NCBI GenBank assembly: GCA_903944135.1
Contig: CAJAQL010000029.1
Coordinates: forward strand, 1,487-65,486
Source: an uncultured Parcubacteria group bacterium
GTDB lineage: Bacteria; Patescibacteriota; Minisyncoccia; UBA6257; 2-01-FULL-56-20
DNA: 64,000 nucleotides
Direction of reading: 5' to 3'
In this document: positions 18,922-28,373 of the stretch, piece after piece
How positions within the stretch are numbered: position 1 is the stretch's first letter
Layout of the letters: every line of letters starts with the position of its first letter
Notes under the pieces: generated by a model
The model's database searches: none
Seen by the model: only the letters and a program-made list of their open reading frames with translations
What the model was told of the DNA's origin: nothing
Program-made: the position numbers and the translations under genes

Positions 18922-19999
18922 AAGACGATTCATGCATAGCTACAAACCAATAAAATTTCCCGAGGACGAATCAGCCCATGATTATACGGTTGAGTGGTGG
19001 TATTTCAACGGCCACTTAAAAGATATCCTTGGCAATGAATATTCTTTTATGAAGTGCCTGTTTAAGGTGGACGTCAAGAAAGTAAAAATACCGTTTTTAA
19101 GCAGGGTGCCGCTCAAAACATCATATTTTTCGCATTCCCTCGTTTCCGATATAACGCATAAGAGCTTTTATCATAAGATCACTCCCTTTTCCGTCATCTC
19201 CGACGATAGCTTTTCCAAGCCCCTACTTTTTATAAATTATCTTAACCCGGAGATCAAAAATGGTTATATCAACTGCGTTATCGAAAAGACCGATGGCTCG
19301 ACATATCACATAAAAAACGAGGATATCGATTTGGCATTGATCTCAACCAAAGAACCCTTACTTGAGGGCGGCAATGGATTCCTTGATCTTCGCTCCAAGA
19401 CGACCTATTACTATTCCTTAACCAACCTAAAAACAGAGGGAAGGATAAGAATAAAAAACAGATGGGTGGATGTTACTGGCAAGTCATGGATGGATCATCA
19501 GTGGGCGAATGCAAGCTATTCGAGGGACAAATGGGATTGGTTTTCGGTGCAATTGAATGATCGTACGGAAATAGTTTGTTGTAGATACGACGATGGTAAG
19601 ACAAAAACTTATTTTGCGGATATTTCTTATCCAAACGGCACCCAGGAACACTTTAAAGAAATCGAAATGATTTCTTTTGGGGAATCTTGGACAAGTCCGA
19701 AAAGCAAAGCGGTATATCCGTTGTCGTGGAAAATTAAAATACCCGCAAAAAATATTCAACTGGATTTAACAACAAGAATCGACGATCAGGAAATGCTCTT
19801 CGGCTCAATCAATTATTGGGAAGGGCCACTTCGTGCGGATGGTCGTTTTAATGGGAAAAAAGTAAGCGGAGTTGGCTTTATGGAACTGGTCGGATACTCG
19901 TCCAACTATAGCAACATAAAATATATTAGAGACGAGATGGGGAGAACGGCAAACCGATTTGTCGCAATCGCAAAAAAAGGAATAATCAGGACAGATTAG
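18905..19999 (+). CDS. AttH/CrtC family protein (hydroxyneurosporene-synthase-like lipocalin domain)
   Basis: FPEDESAHDYTVEWWYFNGHL is the hallmark N-terminal motif; later WMDHQWAN. Overlaps the GT2 stop by 17 nt. Confidence 0.7.
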   Translation: MLTISKRRFMHSYKPIKFPEDESAHDYTVEWWYFNGHLKDILGNEYSFMKCLFKVDVKKVKIPFLSRVPLKTSYFSHSLVSDITHKSFYHKITPFSVISDDSFSKPLLFINYLNPEIKNGYINCVIEKTDGSTYHIKNEDIDLALISTKEPLLEGGNGFLDLRSKTTYYYSLTNLKTEGRIRIKNRWVDVTGKSWMDHQWANASYSRDKWDWFSVQLNDRTEIVCCRYDDGKTKTYFADISYPNGTQEHFKEIEMISFGESWTSPKSKAVYPLSWKIKIPAKNIQLDLTTRIDDQEMLFGSINYWEGPLRADGRFNGKKVSGVGFMELVGYSSNYSNIKYIRDEMGRTANRFVAIAKKGIIRTD

Positions 20000-20003
20000 A
20001 ACT

Positions 20004-20807
20004 ATGACAAAACAAGAGCAGCCAAAGATCGGTCTGGCGCTAGGTAGTGGTGGTCCAAGAGGACTGGCGCACATCGGCGTAATCAAGGTTTTGGAAGAGA
20101 ACAATATCCCGATCGATTTTATCGCCGGTTCAAGTATCGGTGCTATGATCGGTGGATTTTATGCCGCCACAAAAGATATTAAGCAAGTGGAAAAAATAGC
20201 GCTCGGTACTGATTGGAAAGTAATTCTCTCCGTTTTAGACCCTTCCTTCCGGCAGGGATTGCTCGGTGGCGATAAAGCAAAGAACTTTATTGAGAATTAC
20301 ATCGGCAAAACACACTTTGAGGAACTGAAAATCCCTCTTTCGGTGGTAGCGACGAATTTAAAAAACGGCGACGTGGTTGTTCTAGATGAAGGCGAGGTTA
20401 CATCAGCAATTCGGGCGAGTATTTCGTTACCCTTGGTTTTCAAGCCAGTAGAATTAAAAGGTAAATTATTGGCCGACGGCGGATTGTCGCTGCCGGTTCC
20501 GGTTAATGTCGTGAAAAAGATGGGAGCCGACCTGGTTATCGCGGTCAATTTAGACGCCGATTATTTTACGAACGGCGATAATGAAAACAGCACCTACGGT
20601 TTTTATAAAATCGCCGACAATTCAATCGCTCTCTTGCGCCATCACCTTGCGTATTGGAATGTGAGAGATGCAGATATCGTTATTAATCCTCATGTGAGAG
20701 GCGCAACCCTGAGACAAAGTTTCTTTTTGGATGGCAAAGATTTTATCTTGGCCGGTGAAGAAGCAACAAAAAAAATATTGCCGCAATTGAAAAAGTTGAC
20801 GCATTAA
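20004..20807 (+). CDS. Patatin-like phospholipase
   Basis: GLALGSGGPRGLAHIGV (oxyanion Gly-rich loop), GSSIGA (GxSxG nucleophile) and ADGGLS (DGG catalytic Asp). Confidence 0.85.
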   Translation: MTKQEQPKIGLALGSGGPRGLAHIGVIKVLEENNIPIDFIAGSSIGAMIGGFYAATKDIKQVEKIALGTDWKVILSVLDPSFRQGLLGGDKAKNFIENYIGKTHFEELKIPLSVVATNLKNGDVVVLDEGEVTSAIRASISLPLVFKPVELKGKLLADGGLSLPVPVNVVKKMGADLVIAVNLDADYFTNGDNENSTYGFYKIADNSIALLRHHLAYWNVRDADIVINPHVRGATLRQSFFLDGKDFILAGEEATKKILPQLKKLTH

Positions 20808-20987
20808 AAGAGGAAGCGCGGCTTAAAAAGTATTTGGATTTTTTGAAGGAATAAAGATATTGCGATCCGATACCTGAAAGAAAAGAAGCTAGCATAAAAA
20901 TCGAAAGAGACTGACGGGGAATTGTCCCTCGATTAGGATCGATGTCATGAGTTTCATCTTTGTGTTATACTAAAATTACAACTGAAT

Positions 20988-21124
20988 AATTATCGAGAGT
21001 AGCGGGGAGAGTTCTGGCTCAATGATCCGCTCGGCAACTTGCTCAAAGCAAAGTGCCACATCCAGCCCGCAAGGGAGAGATAAAGGTCGAAACGCTCTTC
21101 TTTTCGATGAGCGTTTTTTTATTC
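20988..21124 (+). promoter_or_regulatory. SAM-I-like riboswitch with terminator expression platform, upstream of metK
   Basis: UUAUCGAGAG...GGGGAGAGUUCUGGCUCAAUGAUCCGCUCGGCAACU(hairpin)GUGCCACAUCC...CCCGCAAGGG...GAGAUAA aligns with the SAM-I core (CUGGCCCGAUGA...CCGGCAACC...GGUGCCAAUUCC, P4 hairpin, closing P1). It is followed by aacgctcttcttttcgatgagcgttttttt. Confidence 0.6.
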
Positions 21125-21148
21125 GGTTGCCGAAGGAAGACTGGAAGC

Positions 21149-21177
21149 ATGGATCCTCGCCTTCGCGAGGACGACGG
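21149..21177. repeat. Variant palindromic repeat unit
   Basis: atggatCCTCGCcttcGCGAGGacgacgg has the same architecture with a CCTCGC stem. Confidence 0.5.
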
Positions 21178-21278
21178 AAGAGGCGGTAAATCATGAGAAA
21201 GCAGTCGAGGGGAGGACGACAGGGGAGGAGAAAATAAACCTAGATCCCGTTTTGTAACGGGATGACGCTAAAAACTTT

Positions 21279-22226
21279 ATGAATAAAACTATACGAACAG
21301 CGGAATTCGTTTCACCAAAGCATCCGGATAAGATGTGCGATATCATCGCGGACACGATCCTTGATGCATATCTCGCAGGCGATCCCGCGAGCCGTGTGGC
21401 GGTGGAAGTGATGGGCGGGCATGGCCATGTGTCGGTATCAGGCGAAGTGACGAGTAATGCAGAAGTGGACATCGAGAATATCGTTAAAAATATTGCAGGC
21501 AAAGATCTTGTGGTACACCAGTACCTTACGAAGCAAAGTTCTGAGATCGCACAGGGCGTTGATGCTGGCGGCGCAGGGGATCAGGGCATCATGATCGGCT
21601 ACGCAACGCGGGATGCGGAGAATTTTATGCCGCTCGAATATGAGCTGGCGCGGAAATTGTGTTGGGATATCTTCAAAAAATATCCGTTCGATGGAAAGAC
21701 GCAGGTGACGATCGAGGACGGCAAGGTACGCACCGTCGTGGCAAGTTTCCAGAACTCAAAAACGCCGGACCTCGAAAAATTGGTCCGTTCGCTCATCGTG
21801 TCCGAAGAATATCTTATAAATCCTGCCGGGGAGTGGACGCGGGGTGGTTTCGACGCCGACTCAGGGCTTTCAGGGCGCAAAATAGTCATTGACAATTACG
21901 GACCGGAAACGGGCGTCGGCGGTGGATCGTTCTCCGGCAAGGACTACACGAAAGTGGATCGTTCCGGAGCTTATATGGCGCGCCGCATCGCCGTGGATCA
22001 CCTCGCAAAATATCCGGAAGCCCAGACGGTGCGCGTGAAACTTGCCTATGCTATTGGGAAGCCCTTGCCTGTCATGGCGGTGGCCGAAGTGGATGGCGAA
22101 GAGATCACGATCAATGGCTACGATCTCACGCCGCGAGGGATCTATGCCGCGCTCGCACTCGATAAGGTTCGCTGGGTGGACACGGCGGCATGGGGGCATT
22201 TCGGCAGAGGATTCAGCTGGGGATAA
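21279..22226 (+). CDS. metK: S-adenosylmethionine synthetase (compact, 315 aa)
   Basis: SPKHPDKMCDIIADTILDA, GAGDQGIMIGYA, GGGSFSGKDYTKVDRSGAYMARRIA and a C-terminal WGHFGR. Shorter than the usual ~385 aa, but both termini align with MetK. Confidence 0.85.
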   Translation: MNKTIRTAEFVSPKHPDKMCDIIADTILDAYLAGDPASRVAVEVMGGHGHVSVSGEVTSNAEVDIENIVKNIAGKDLVVHQYLTKQSSEIAQGVDAGGAGDQGIMIGYATRDAENFMPLEYELARKLCWDIFKKYPFDGKTQVTIEDGKVRTVVASFQNSKTPDLEKLVRSLIVSEEYLINPAGEWTRGGFDADSGLSGRKIVIDNYGPETGVGGGSFSGKDYTKVDRSGAYMARRIAVDHLAKYPEAQTVRVKLAYAIGKPLPVMAVAEVDGEEITINGYDLTPRGIYAALALDKVRWVDTAAWGHFGRGFSWG

Positions 22227-22328
22227 GTTGCCGCAGGGGAACTTTCCCGATAAATGTTATGATATTAGTTCAGACGTGAAAGACGCGGTTCGATCGCCGC
22301 GCATAAAAATTTATCTCATTACATATTT

Positions 22329-22709
22329 ATGGATCCTCAAACATATGTTCCCGGGGTCTGCAATATCGGTCCGGCGGAGATCGGTGCCCGCAAGCGCATT
22401 GGTTGGATCGGGCTTGTCGTAACGGTGCTCCTTTGGGCGGCATTCATATTTTTCCGCATAGCAGCGCCATGGCGCTTGTTCCTTTTTATTCCTGCGGCGA
22501 TGTCGGCGACGGGGTTCATTCAGGCATATGCTCATTTTTGCGCCGGATTCGGCATGAAGGGATTGTTCAATTTTGGGACGGAGGTCGGGAAAACGGAAAC
22601 GGTTCAGCAGCAAGAGTTCAGAAAAATGGACAGGCAAAAGGCGTTGCGGATCTTCGGTTATTCTATCGTGCTCGGTGCCGTCGTCGCCCTTTTAGCGTTT
22701 TATCTCTAG
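22329..22709 (+). CDS. Small membrane protein, hypothetical
   Basis: 126 aa with 3 TM helices. Confidence 0.4.
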   Translation: MDPQTYVPGVCNIGPAEIGARKRIGWIGLVVTVLLWAAFIFFRIAAPWRLFLFIPAAMSATGFIQAYAHFCAGFGMKGLFNFGTEVGKTETVQQQEFRKMDRQKALRIFGYSIVLGAVVALLAFYL

Positions 22710-22713
22710 GCGC

Positions 22714-23814
22714 ATGGTCGTACTATTTTTGGCTGCGGCCATAGCGATACTCGCGATCTTGTTCTTAGGGCATCTGGCGGTATATCTATTCTTCCTATCC
22801 GTCTTTCCAGCCATCGGCGGGAACCTACTGGCATTTCAGATCGTCATCGGTATTTTATGGATCAGCTTCGTCGTGGCATCCCTGCTTTCACAGAAAATCA
22901 ATAATGTCGGAACAAGGATGCTCTATAGGGTTTCCGCCGCGTGGCTCGGCTTCTTTGTCTATCTGCTCATCGGGGCGTGCGTGTATGGTGCGGTTTTCGC
23001 GCTTTACCCGGCACCGCAACAAACCATGTCGTGGATAGGGGAAACGCTCATGTTCATTGCCCTTGTTCTGGGCCTCTACGGCATCGTAAATGCCAACCGG
23101 ATACAGATAACTTCCATCAGTGTCGCGGTACCGAACTTGCCGGAGAAATGGAGATCGCGCAAAGCGGTCTTCATGAGCGATCTGCACCTCGGGCAGGTGC
23201 GCGGCGCTTCGTTCGCAAAGCGTATCGTCGCGAAAATACAGGAATTGAAACCCGACATTGTTTTTATCGGCGGCGATCTCTATGACGGCGTGGCCGTGGA
23301 TGCCGAGAGCGTGATCGAGCCGCTTGCGGAACTCAAGATCCCGCTCGGCATCTATTTCGTGACCGGAAATCACGAGGAATTTTCCGACAGTTCAAAATAT
23401 CTGTCGGCCATCCGCGGAATAGGGATTACGGCGCTCATGGACGAAAAGGTCATGATCGACGATCTTCAGCTTATCGGCGTCGACTATGCGCGCACGACCA
23501 AGAAAGCGGCGTTCGATGATGTTTTGCAAAATCTGCATATCGACCGGAAATCACCGAGCATCCTTCTGAAGCATGTGCCGTCCGATCTGGATATCGCGCT
23601 GAAATACGGGATCACGCTGCAACTGTCAGGACATACGCATCGTGCGCAGATTTTTCCATTCACGTTTCTCACGCATTTGATCTTCAAGGGATTCGACTAT
23701 GGGTTGCGCCCGCTTGGCGCGCTGCAAGTGTATACCTCGAGCGGCGTGGGGACGTGGGGTCCGCCGCTCCGCGTGGGAACCCGGTCGGAGATAGTCGAGA
23801 TATTTTTCCGGTAA
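22714..23814 (+). CDS. Membrane-anchored calcineurin-like metallophosphoesterase (paralog of 5858..7012)
   Basis: A TM-rich N-terminus, then FMSDLHLG, GGDLYDG, TGNHE and GHTHRAQ. The domain order is the same as the paralog. Confidence 0.75.
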   Translation: MVVLFLAAAIAILAILFLGHLAVYLFFLSVFPAIGGNLLAFQIVIGILWISFVVASLLSQKINNVGTRMLYRVSAAWLGFFVYLLIGACVYGAVFALYPAPQQTMSWIGETLMFIALVLGLYGIVNANRIQITSISVAVPNLPEKWRSRKAVFMSDLHLGQVRGASFAKRIVAKIQELKPDIVFIGGDLYDGVAVDAESVIEPLAELKIPLGIYFVTGNHEEFSDSSKYLSAIRGIGITALMDEKVMIDDLQLIGVDYARTTKKAAFDDVLQNLHIDRKSPSILLKHVPSDLDIALKYGITLQLSGHTHRAQIFPFTFLTHLIFKGFDYGLRPLGALQVYTSSGVGTWGPPLRVGTRSEIVEIFFR

Positions 23815-23869
23815 CACGTTTTTGAAATGACAGATTTTTTCGGACAGGTTCCGGGTGTATCATGTCTTC

Positions 23870-25012
23870 ATGCGCATCATCGCACATCTCGACATGGACG
23901 CCTTTTTTGCGTCGATAGAGGAACGCGACAATGCACGCTTTGCGGGGCGGCCGATCGTGGTCGGTTCGGATCCTGAGGGCGGGAAGGGCCGTGGCGTGGT
24001 TTCCACCGCGAACTATGCGGCACGGGCATACGGTATCCGCTCTGCCCTGCCGATCTCGACCGCGTGGCGATATTCCGAAGCGGCACGAAAGAAAGGATTG
24101 CCGCCAGCGGTGTTCCTTGAGGTGAACATGCGTAAATACGGCGAGGTGTCGGAACGCATCATGGAGATCGTCCGGGCGCATGTGCCGCCGGACGCGGATG
24201 GCGTCATCCTTGTGGAACAATCGAGCGTGGACGAAGCATCGTTCGAACTGTCCTTCGCCGGTTCATATGAAAAAGCCGAACGCATTGCGCGCGAGATAAA
24301 GAAGGAAATAAAAGAAAAAGAGCGGCTCACGGCAACGATCGGCATCGGGCCGAACAAGCTTATCGCGAAGATTGCGAGCGATCGACAAAAGCCCGACGGG
24401 TTGACCGTGGTCTCCGAGGCGGCCGCCGAAAAATTTCTCGAACCATTGAGCATTCGCACGATCCCCGGCGTCGGTCCGAAAGCGGAAGAGCGATTTTTAG
24501 AGAAGGGGATGCGTACCGTGCGTGACGCGAAGCGGCTGACCAAGGCGGAGCTGACAACGATGATGGGGAAGTGGGGCGCGGAACTCTATGAGAAATTGCG
24601 CGGGCGGAGCGATGCGCCGATCGTTCTCGACTCGGTGCAGAAATCCATCGGCGAGCAGACCACGTTCGACGAGGACATTCCTGTGAATGGAAAGTTGAAA
24701 GACCGGAAATTGCTTGAGGCTGCGCTCGCCGCGCTTGCGGCGGATGTGCACAAGCGCCTGCGGCGGGAGATCGCCGCCGGCGCGCCCTTCAAAGCATTCC
24801 GCAGTATCGGTATTACCGTACGCTTCTCCGACTTCACGACGAAAACGCGGAGCGTGACGCTTAAAGAACCTGTTGCGGCATCCGATACGACGGCGCAGAA
24901 GACGATCCAATTTCAGGCCTTGCGACTTTTCATGCCGTTCATGGATCGGCGCGAGAATCCGTTACATAAAGCGATCCGTCTGCTTGGCGTAAAAGTGGAG
25001 CGGTTCAAGTGA
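23870..25012 (+). CDS. dinB: DNA polymerase IV (Y-family)
   Basis: MRIIAHLDMDAFFASIEERDN..., an SIDEAS-like motif (SVDEAS), and a helix-hairpin-helix GIGPNKLIAKIASD...IPGVGPK. Confidence 0.9.
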   Translation: MRIIAHLDMDAFFASIEERDNARFAGRPIVVGSDPEGGKGRGVVSTANYAARAYGIRSALPISTAWRYSEAARKKGLPPAVFLEVNMRKYGEVSERIMEIVRAHVPPDADGVILVEQSSVDEASFELSFAGSYEKAERIAREIKKEIKEKERLTATIGIGPNKLIAKIASDRQKPDGLTVVSEAAAEKFLEPLSIRTIPGVGPKAEERFLEKGMRTVRDAKRLTKAELTTMMGKWGAELYEKLRGRSDAPIVLDSVQKSIGEQTTFDEDIPVNGKLKDRKLLEAALAALAADVHKRLRREIAAGAPFKAFRSIGITVRFSDFTTKTRSVTLKEPVAASDTTAQKTIQFQALRLFMPFMDRRENPLHKAIRLLGVKVERFK

Positions 25013-25080
25013 TTTGCTCGCGCGGACTGGCATATTTTTGAGATAGGTTCTAATGTGAGGTTAGTTTTGGGAGGTGCCCT

Positions 25081-26463
25081 TTGAAAAAGCTCATAGCCGT
25101 CTTGTGCTCATTGTTATTATTGGTGTCCGCGAAATCGACGGATCTCACAAAGGTCCACTTTCCGAACCCCAAGATCGACCCACCGGCTCTCGCGGAAGCC
25201 CGCAATTTCGGCGTCAAGATGCCGAAAAACGATAATCTCAACCATCCTTTTCCTGACGGATTCATCTGGGGCGTTGCCACATCGGCATTCCAGAATGAAG
25301 GCGGCAACGGAAAGACCGATTGGGATTTATGGGCATCCGAGAAAGGCATCCGGCCCGGCTTCGTCGGCTTCACGAAAACCGACATACTCCTGGCTAAGGA
25401 ATATGGGGTTCATTGCATCAGGACCTCGATCGAATGGGGCCGCGTCGAACCTGCGAAAGGAGTCTGGGACGAACAAGAATTGGATCGTTCATTCCAATTG
25501 GCGAAGTTCGCCAAAAAGAACGGCGTCCAGATGATGATCAACCTGAACCACTTCACGCTGCCTAAATGGGCCGCGGCGAAGGGAGGATGGGAGAACGATG
25601 ATATGCCGGCGCTCTTTGCCGCCTACGCAGAGAAGGTTGCTCAGAAATTCAAGCCGCTCGGCTTCGAATATTGGATGACCTTCAACGAACCCGTCGTGCT
25701 CCTCGCGGAAGGATACCTGAACGGTGCGTTTCCTCCTTTCAGAAACGGAGACCTCCGTGGCGTTATCTCCGCACGGCGGAACATCATCCGCGCCCATCGT
25801 GCCGCCTATGATGTCCTGCACCGCGTCTGCGATACCCGCCATAAAAAGATACGGGTCGGCATCGCGCATTCGACGAGCTACTACGTGCCGGCGAGAGTTG
25901 GGAACGAGGACGATCAAAAGGCAACGACCGTGCTCGATTTCATCATGAACACCGACTTCGTCGATGCCATCGAAGACCGGCTTGACTACATCGGCCTGAA
26001 CTATTATTCCGGATGGCTGATCAAGTTCAATCCGTGGAGCTTTTTCTTCGGCGTTCCCGTTGAATACATGAACACGAAAAAAAGCGATGACAGCGTCTAC
26101 CCGGAAGGCCTCTACCGGATCGTGCGGGAATTCGCACGGTACCGCAAACCGATCATCGTGACGGAAAACGGCGTGGATGACGGCACGGACAGCAAACGCC
26201 CCGTTTTCATCATGAGCCATCTCTTGTGGCTCCAAAAAGCAGCAGCCGAAGCCGGGCCGGACGCGCCGGTCATCGGTTACTTCTATTGGACCCTCTTTGA
26301 TAATTTTGAATGGGTGAAAGGCGACTGCATCACGTCGCACTTCGGCCTGTTCAGCATCGATCCGCACACAAAGGAGAGAATACCGCGGCCATCGGCGACC
26401 GTCTTCCGCGACATCGCCCGCGCGAACGGCCTTACGCGAGAATTGATCGCAAAGGCAAAATGA
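25081..26463 (+). CDS. Glycoside hydrolase family 1 (beta-glucosidase-like), secreted
   Basis: A signal peptide, then FPDGFIWGVATSAFQNEGG, TFNEP (acid/base) and VTENG (nucleophile). Confidence 0.85.
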   Translation: MKKLIAVLCSLLLLVSAKSTDLTKVHFPNPKIDPPALAEARNFGVKMPKNDNLNHPFPDGFIWGVATSAFQNEGGNGKTDWDLWASEKGIRPGFVGFTKTDILLAKEYGVHCIRTSIEWGRVEPAKGVWDEQELDRSFQLAKFAKKNGVQMMINLNHFTLPKWAAAKGGWENDDMPALFAAYAEKVAQKFKPLGFEYWMTFNEPVVLLAEGYLNGAFPPFRNGDLRGVISARRNIIRAHRAAYDVLHRVCDTRHKKIRVGIAHSTSYYVPARVGNEDDQKATTVLDFIMNTDFVDAIEDRLDYIGLNYYSGWLIKFNPWSFFFGVPVEYMNTKKSDDSVYPEGLYRIVREFARYRKPIIVTENGVDDGTDSKRPVFIMSHLLWLQKAAAEAGPDAPVIGYFYWTLFDNFEWVKGDCITSHFGLFSIDPHTKERIPRPSATVFRDIARANGLTRELIAKAK

Positions 26464-26480
26464 GAGCGATGAAGCATCTA

Positions 26481-26512
26481 CGCCAGGATCTACGGGTCCT
26501 GGCGTATTTTGT
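26481..26512. terminator. Hairpin between convergent genes
   Basis: CGCCAGGAtctacgggTCCTGGCG followed by tattttgtt. Confidence 0.55.
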
Positions 26513-26654
26513 TCCAAAACTTCGCCGACGAACTCCGTTCAATACTGCTGAGCGCGGCATTGCGCGTTAACCCGACGTACTGAGCCATGATGCCGTGATT
26601 TTTTTGCGCTCAAATCCGGATTCTTTTGATCCGGGTTTCTCATGCGCACCATCC

Positions 26655-27635
26655 TTACGCGGTGGGCTCTTTTTTGAAAAAGGTCATCTGGAAACGTTTT
26701 TCGAGGATGTTTTGGATATAGGCAACCGTCCGTTGCAGGTTCACGAGGAAGAGCAATCCTTCTTGAGATGGTTTTTGCATGAACTGGAGCTCGGCGCGGG
26801 AGATCTTTTGGACAAGAGGTTCAACCTCCAGCTCGAGACCCACGATGCGTTTGTTGTCCAGCTTCTGGTCCATGGATCCGGCGAATAGTTTTATGATCTC
26901 ATTCGATAATCTTCGGATGGTCTGCGTCGTTTTTTCATCTATGGGCAGGGTCTGCTCCTCGAGAGATAATTTTGCGATGTTCACGGCGCGGTCAGCGACA
27001 CGCTCGATCTGCGCCGCGATATATTCGTATGCCGAGGATTCGAGAAGAGAGCGGCTCTCAAGAGATTCCTGCATCTTGTCCTGGAGCAGGCTTTGGTGAT
27101 TCCTTATGACGAGATGATAGAGCCGGTCGACGTCCACATCCCGTTCGATGACGTCCGCGCCCATTTCTTTGTCACCCGAGAAGAAAGCCTCGACCGCATC
27201 CAGGAACATCGACCGTGCGTTCGTTTCCATGCTCAAAAGGCATTGCTCGAAAGAGAGCGCCTGATCGCTCAGGACGCTTTTCAGAACGATAGCCTGATGG
27301 TTTTCCGAGACGATCTCGAAGCCCATGAGGAACCGCATGATGGCGCGGATGTCCTTTTTGGTGGTCGAGCCGAACTTGCCCTCCACGCGTATCTCGTCCA
27401 CGCCCAGGGAATACAGGCTGATAAGCTCGTTGAGCAGTTCCTTCCTCGATTTTTCCGAAACATCGACCGTGGCCGTGAACGCTTGTTCGTGGTCAAGGCC
27501 ATAGATCGTAAGCGCGCCGGTTGCATGACCCATGATGACGATCTCGCGATCGGCGTGATGGGAAAGAGCCCAATCTTTCGGAAGCACGAAGGAGAAACTG
27601 CCGCCGCCTGTTTTTTGTACTTTTCTTCTTTGCAT
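26655..27635 (-). CDS. PhoU-domain regulator with N-terminal AbrB/SpoVT-like swapped-hairpin domain
   Basis: The N-terminus GGGSFSFVLPKDWALSHHADREIVIMG is AbrB-like. It is followed by two helical PhoU-like repeats. Start chosen at MQRRKV. Confidence 0.55.
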   Translation of the reverse strand: MQRRKVQKTGGGSFSFVLPKDWALSHHADREIVIMGHATGALTIYGLDHEQAFTATVDVSEKSRKELLNELISLYSLGVDEIRVEGKFGSTTKKDIRAIMRFLMGFEIVSENHQAIVLKSVLSDQALSFEQCLLSMETNARSMFLDAVEAFFSGDKEMGADVIERDVDVDRLYHLVIRNHQSLLQDKMQESLESRSLLESSAYEYIAAQIERVADRAVNIAKLSLEEQTLPIDEKTTQTIRRLSNEIIKLFAGSMDQKLDNKRIVGLELEVEPLVQKISRAELQFMQKPSQEGLLFLVNLQRTVAYIQNILEKRFQMTFFKKEPTA

Positions 27636-27833
27636 GGGATAGAGGTATGGAGAAGGATGGAGATGACGGGATAAGGGGGGAGCCATCCGCATTTTTCGGC
27701 TTCTTGCGCACAGCTGCCGGCCAGCGGGAAACATTTTCCTATGAGAAAATAATATCAGGAATATATATTTTTTACAAGAAAATATATATTCGAAGCTTTA
27801 CAACAGAATATGCCATGAGAGGAGAATCAGGCG

Positions 27834-28361
27834 ATGCACATCTTAAGGAAAACGTTGGTGATAGCGCTTCTCGCCCCGTGTCTCCGCGGCTCGCTGTCAG
27901 GACAAACGGTGAAGGAAAATGTCCTGCATGCGCTCGCTCAGTTCAACCTGCAAAATTCGATCGTCGTCGTCTCTGCCGAAAAAAACCACATTGAAGCCCT
28001 TCCTGCGGGCGACGGCACGGATCAACTCGGGTTTGATCTCCGCAACGACAGAAAAAGATGGAAAAGGAACTGGGGGATATGCACGCGGATCGAACATCCG
28101 GGTGGAATCGAAAGTTGGAGGGCGAGAAGGAAATTCTCCCTTCACGTGACGACGCATCGCGCCGATAACGGGTCGCTGTATTACGAGATGCATATCGATC
28201 ACTGGGCGCCATCTTTCTGGAATCCGCCAAGCTCATTCTTCCACTGCTTCGGGGAATACGTTCCCCATAAACTGTTTGGCGAGCATACCAACCAAACGAC
28301 CGTCGCGCGAGGACTTGCGAGAGAAGACTCGCGTGTGCGCCGCGAACATCACCGCTACTGA
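27834..28361 (+). CDS. Hypothetical protein (possibly secreted)
   Basis: AGGAGA RBS 7 nt upstream. A hydrophobic N-terminus LVIALLAPC. Ends 12 nt before the RBS of the next gene. Coding status uncertain. Confidence 0.3.
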   Translation: MHILRKTLVIALLAPCLRGSLSGQTVKENVLHALAQFNLQNSIVVVSAEKNHIEALPAGDGTDQLGFDLRNDRKRWKRNWGICTRIEHPGGIESWRARRKFSLHVTTHRADNGSLYYEMHIDHWAPSFWNPPSSFFHCFGEYVPHKLFGEHTNQTTVARGLAREDSRVRREHHRY

Positions 28362-28373
28362 AAGGAGCCGGTC

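Noticed and set aside
23815-23870. Possible LexA/SOS box upstream of dinB (tgACAGatttttttcggACAGg)
   Set aside because: The two ACAG elements are direct rather than inverted repeats, so neither the CTGT-N8-ACAG nor the GAAC-N4-GTTC consensus is matched.
25489-26517. 342-aa ORF on the minus strand
   Set aside because: Entirely antisense to the GH1 gene, which has clear catalytic motifs. This is a typical high-GC shadow ORF with no motifs.
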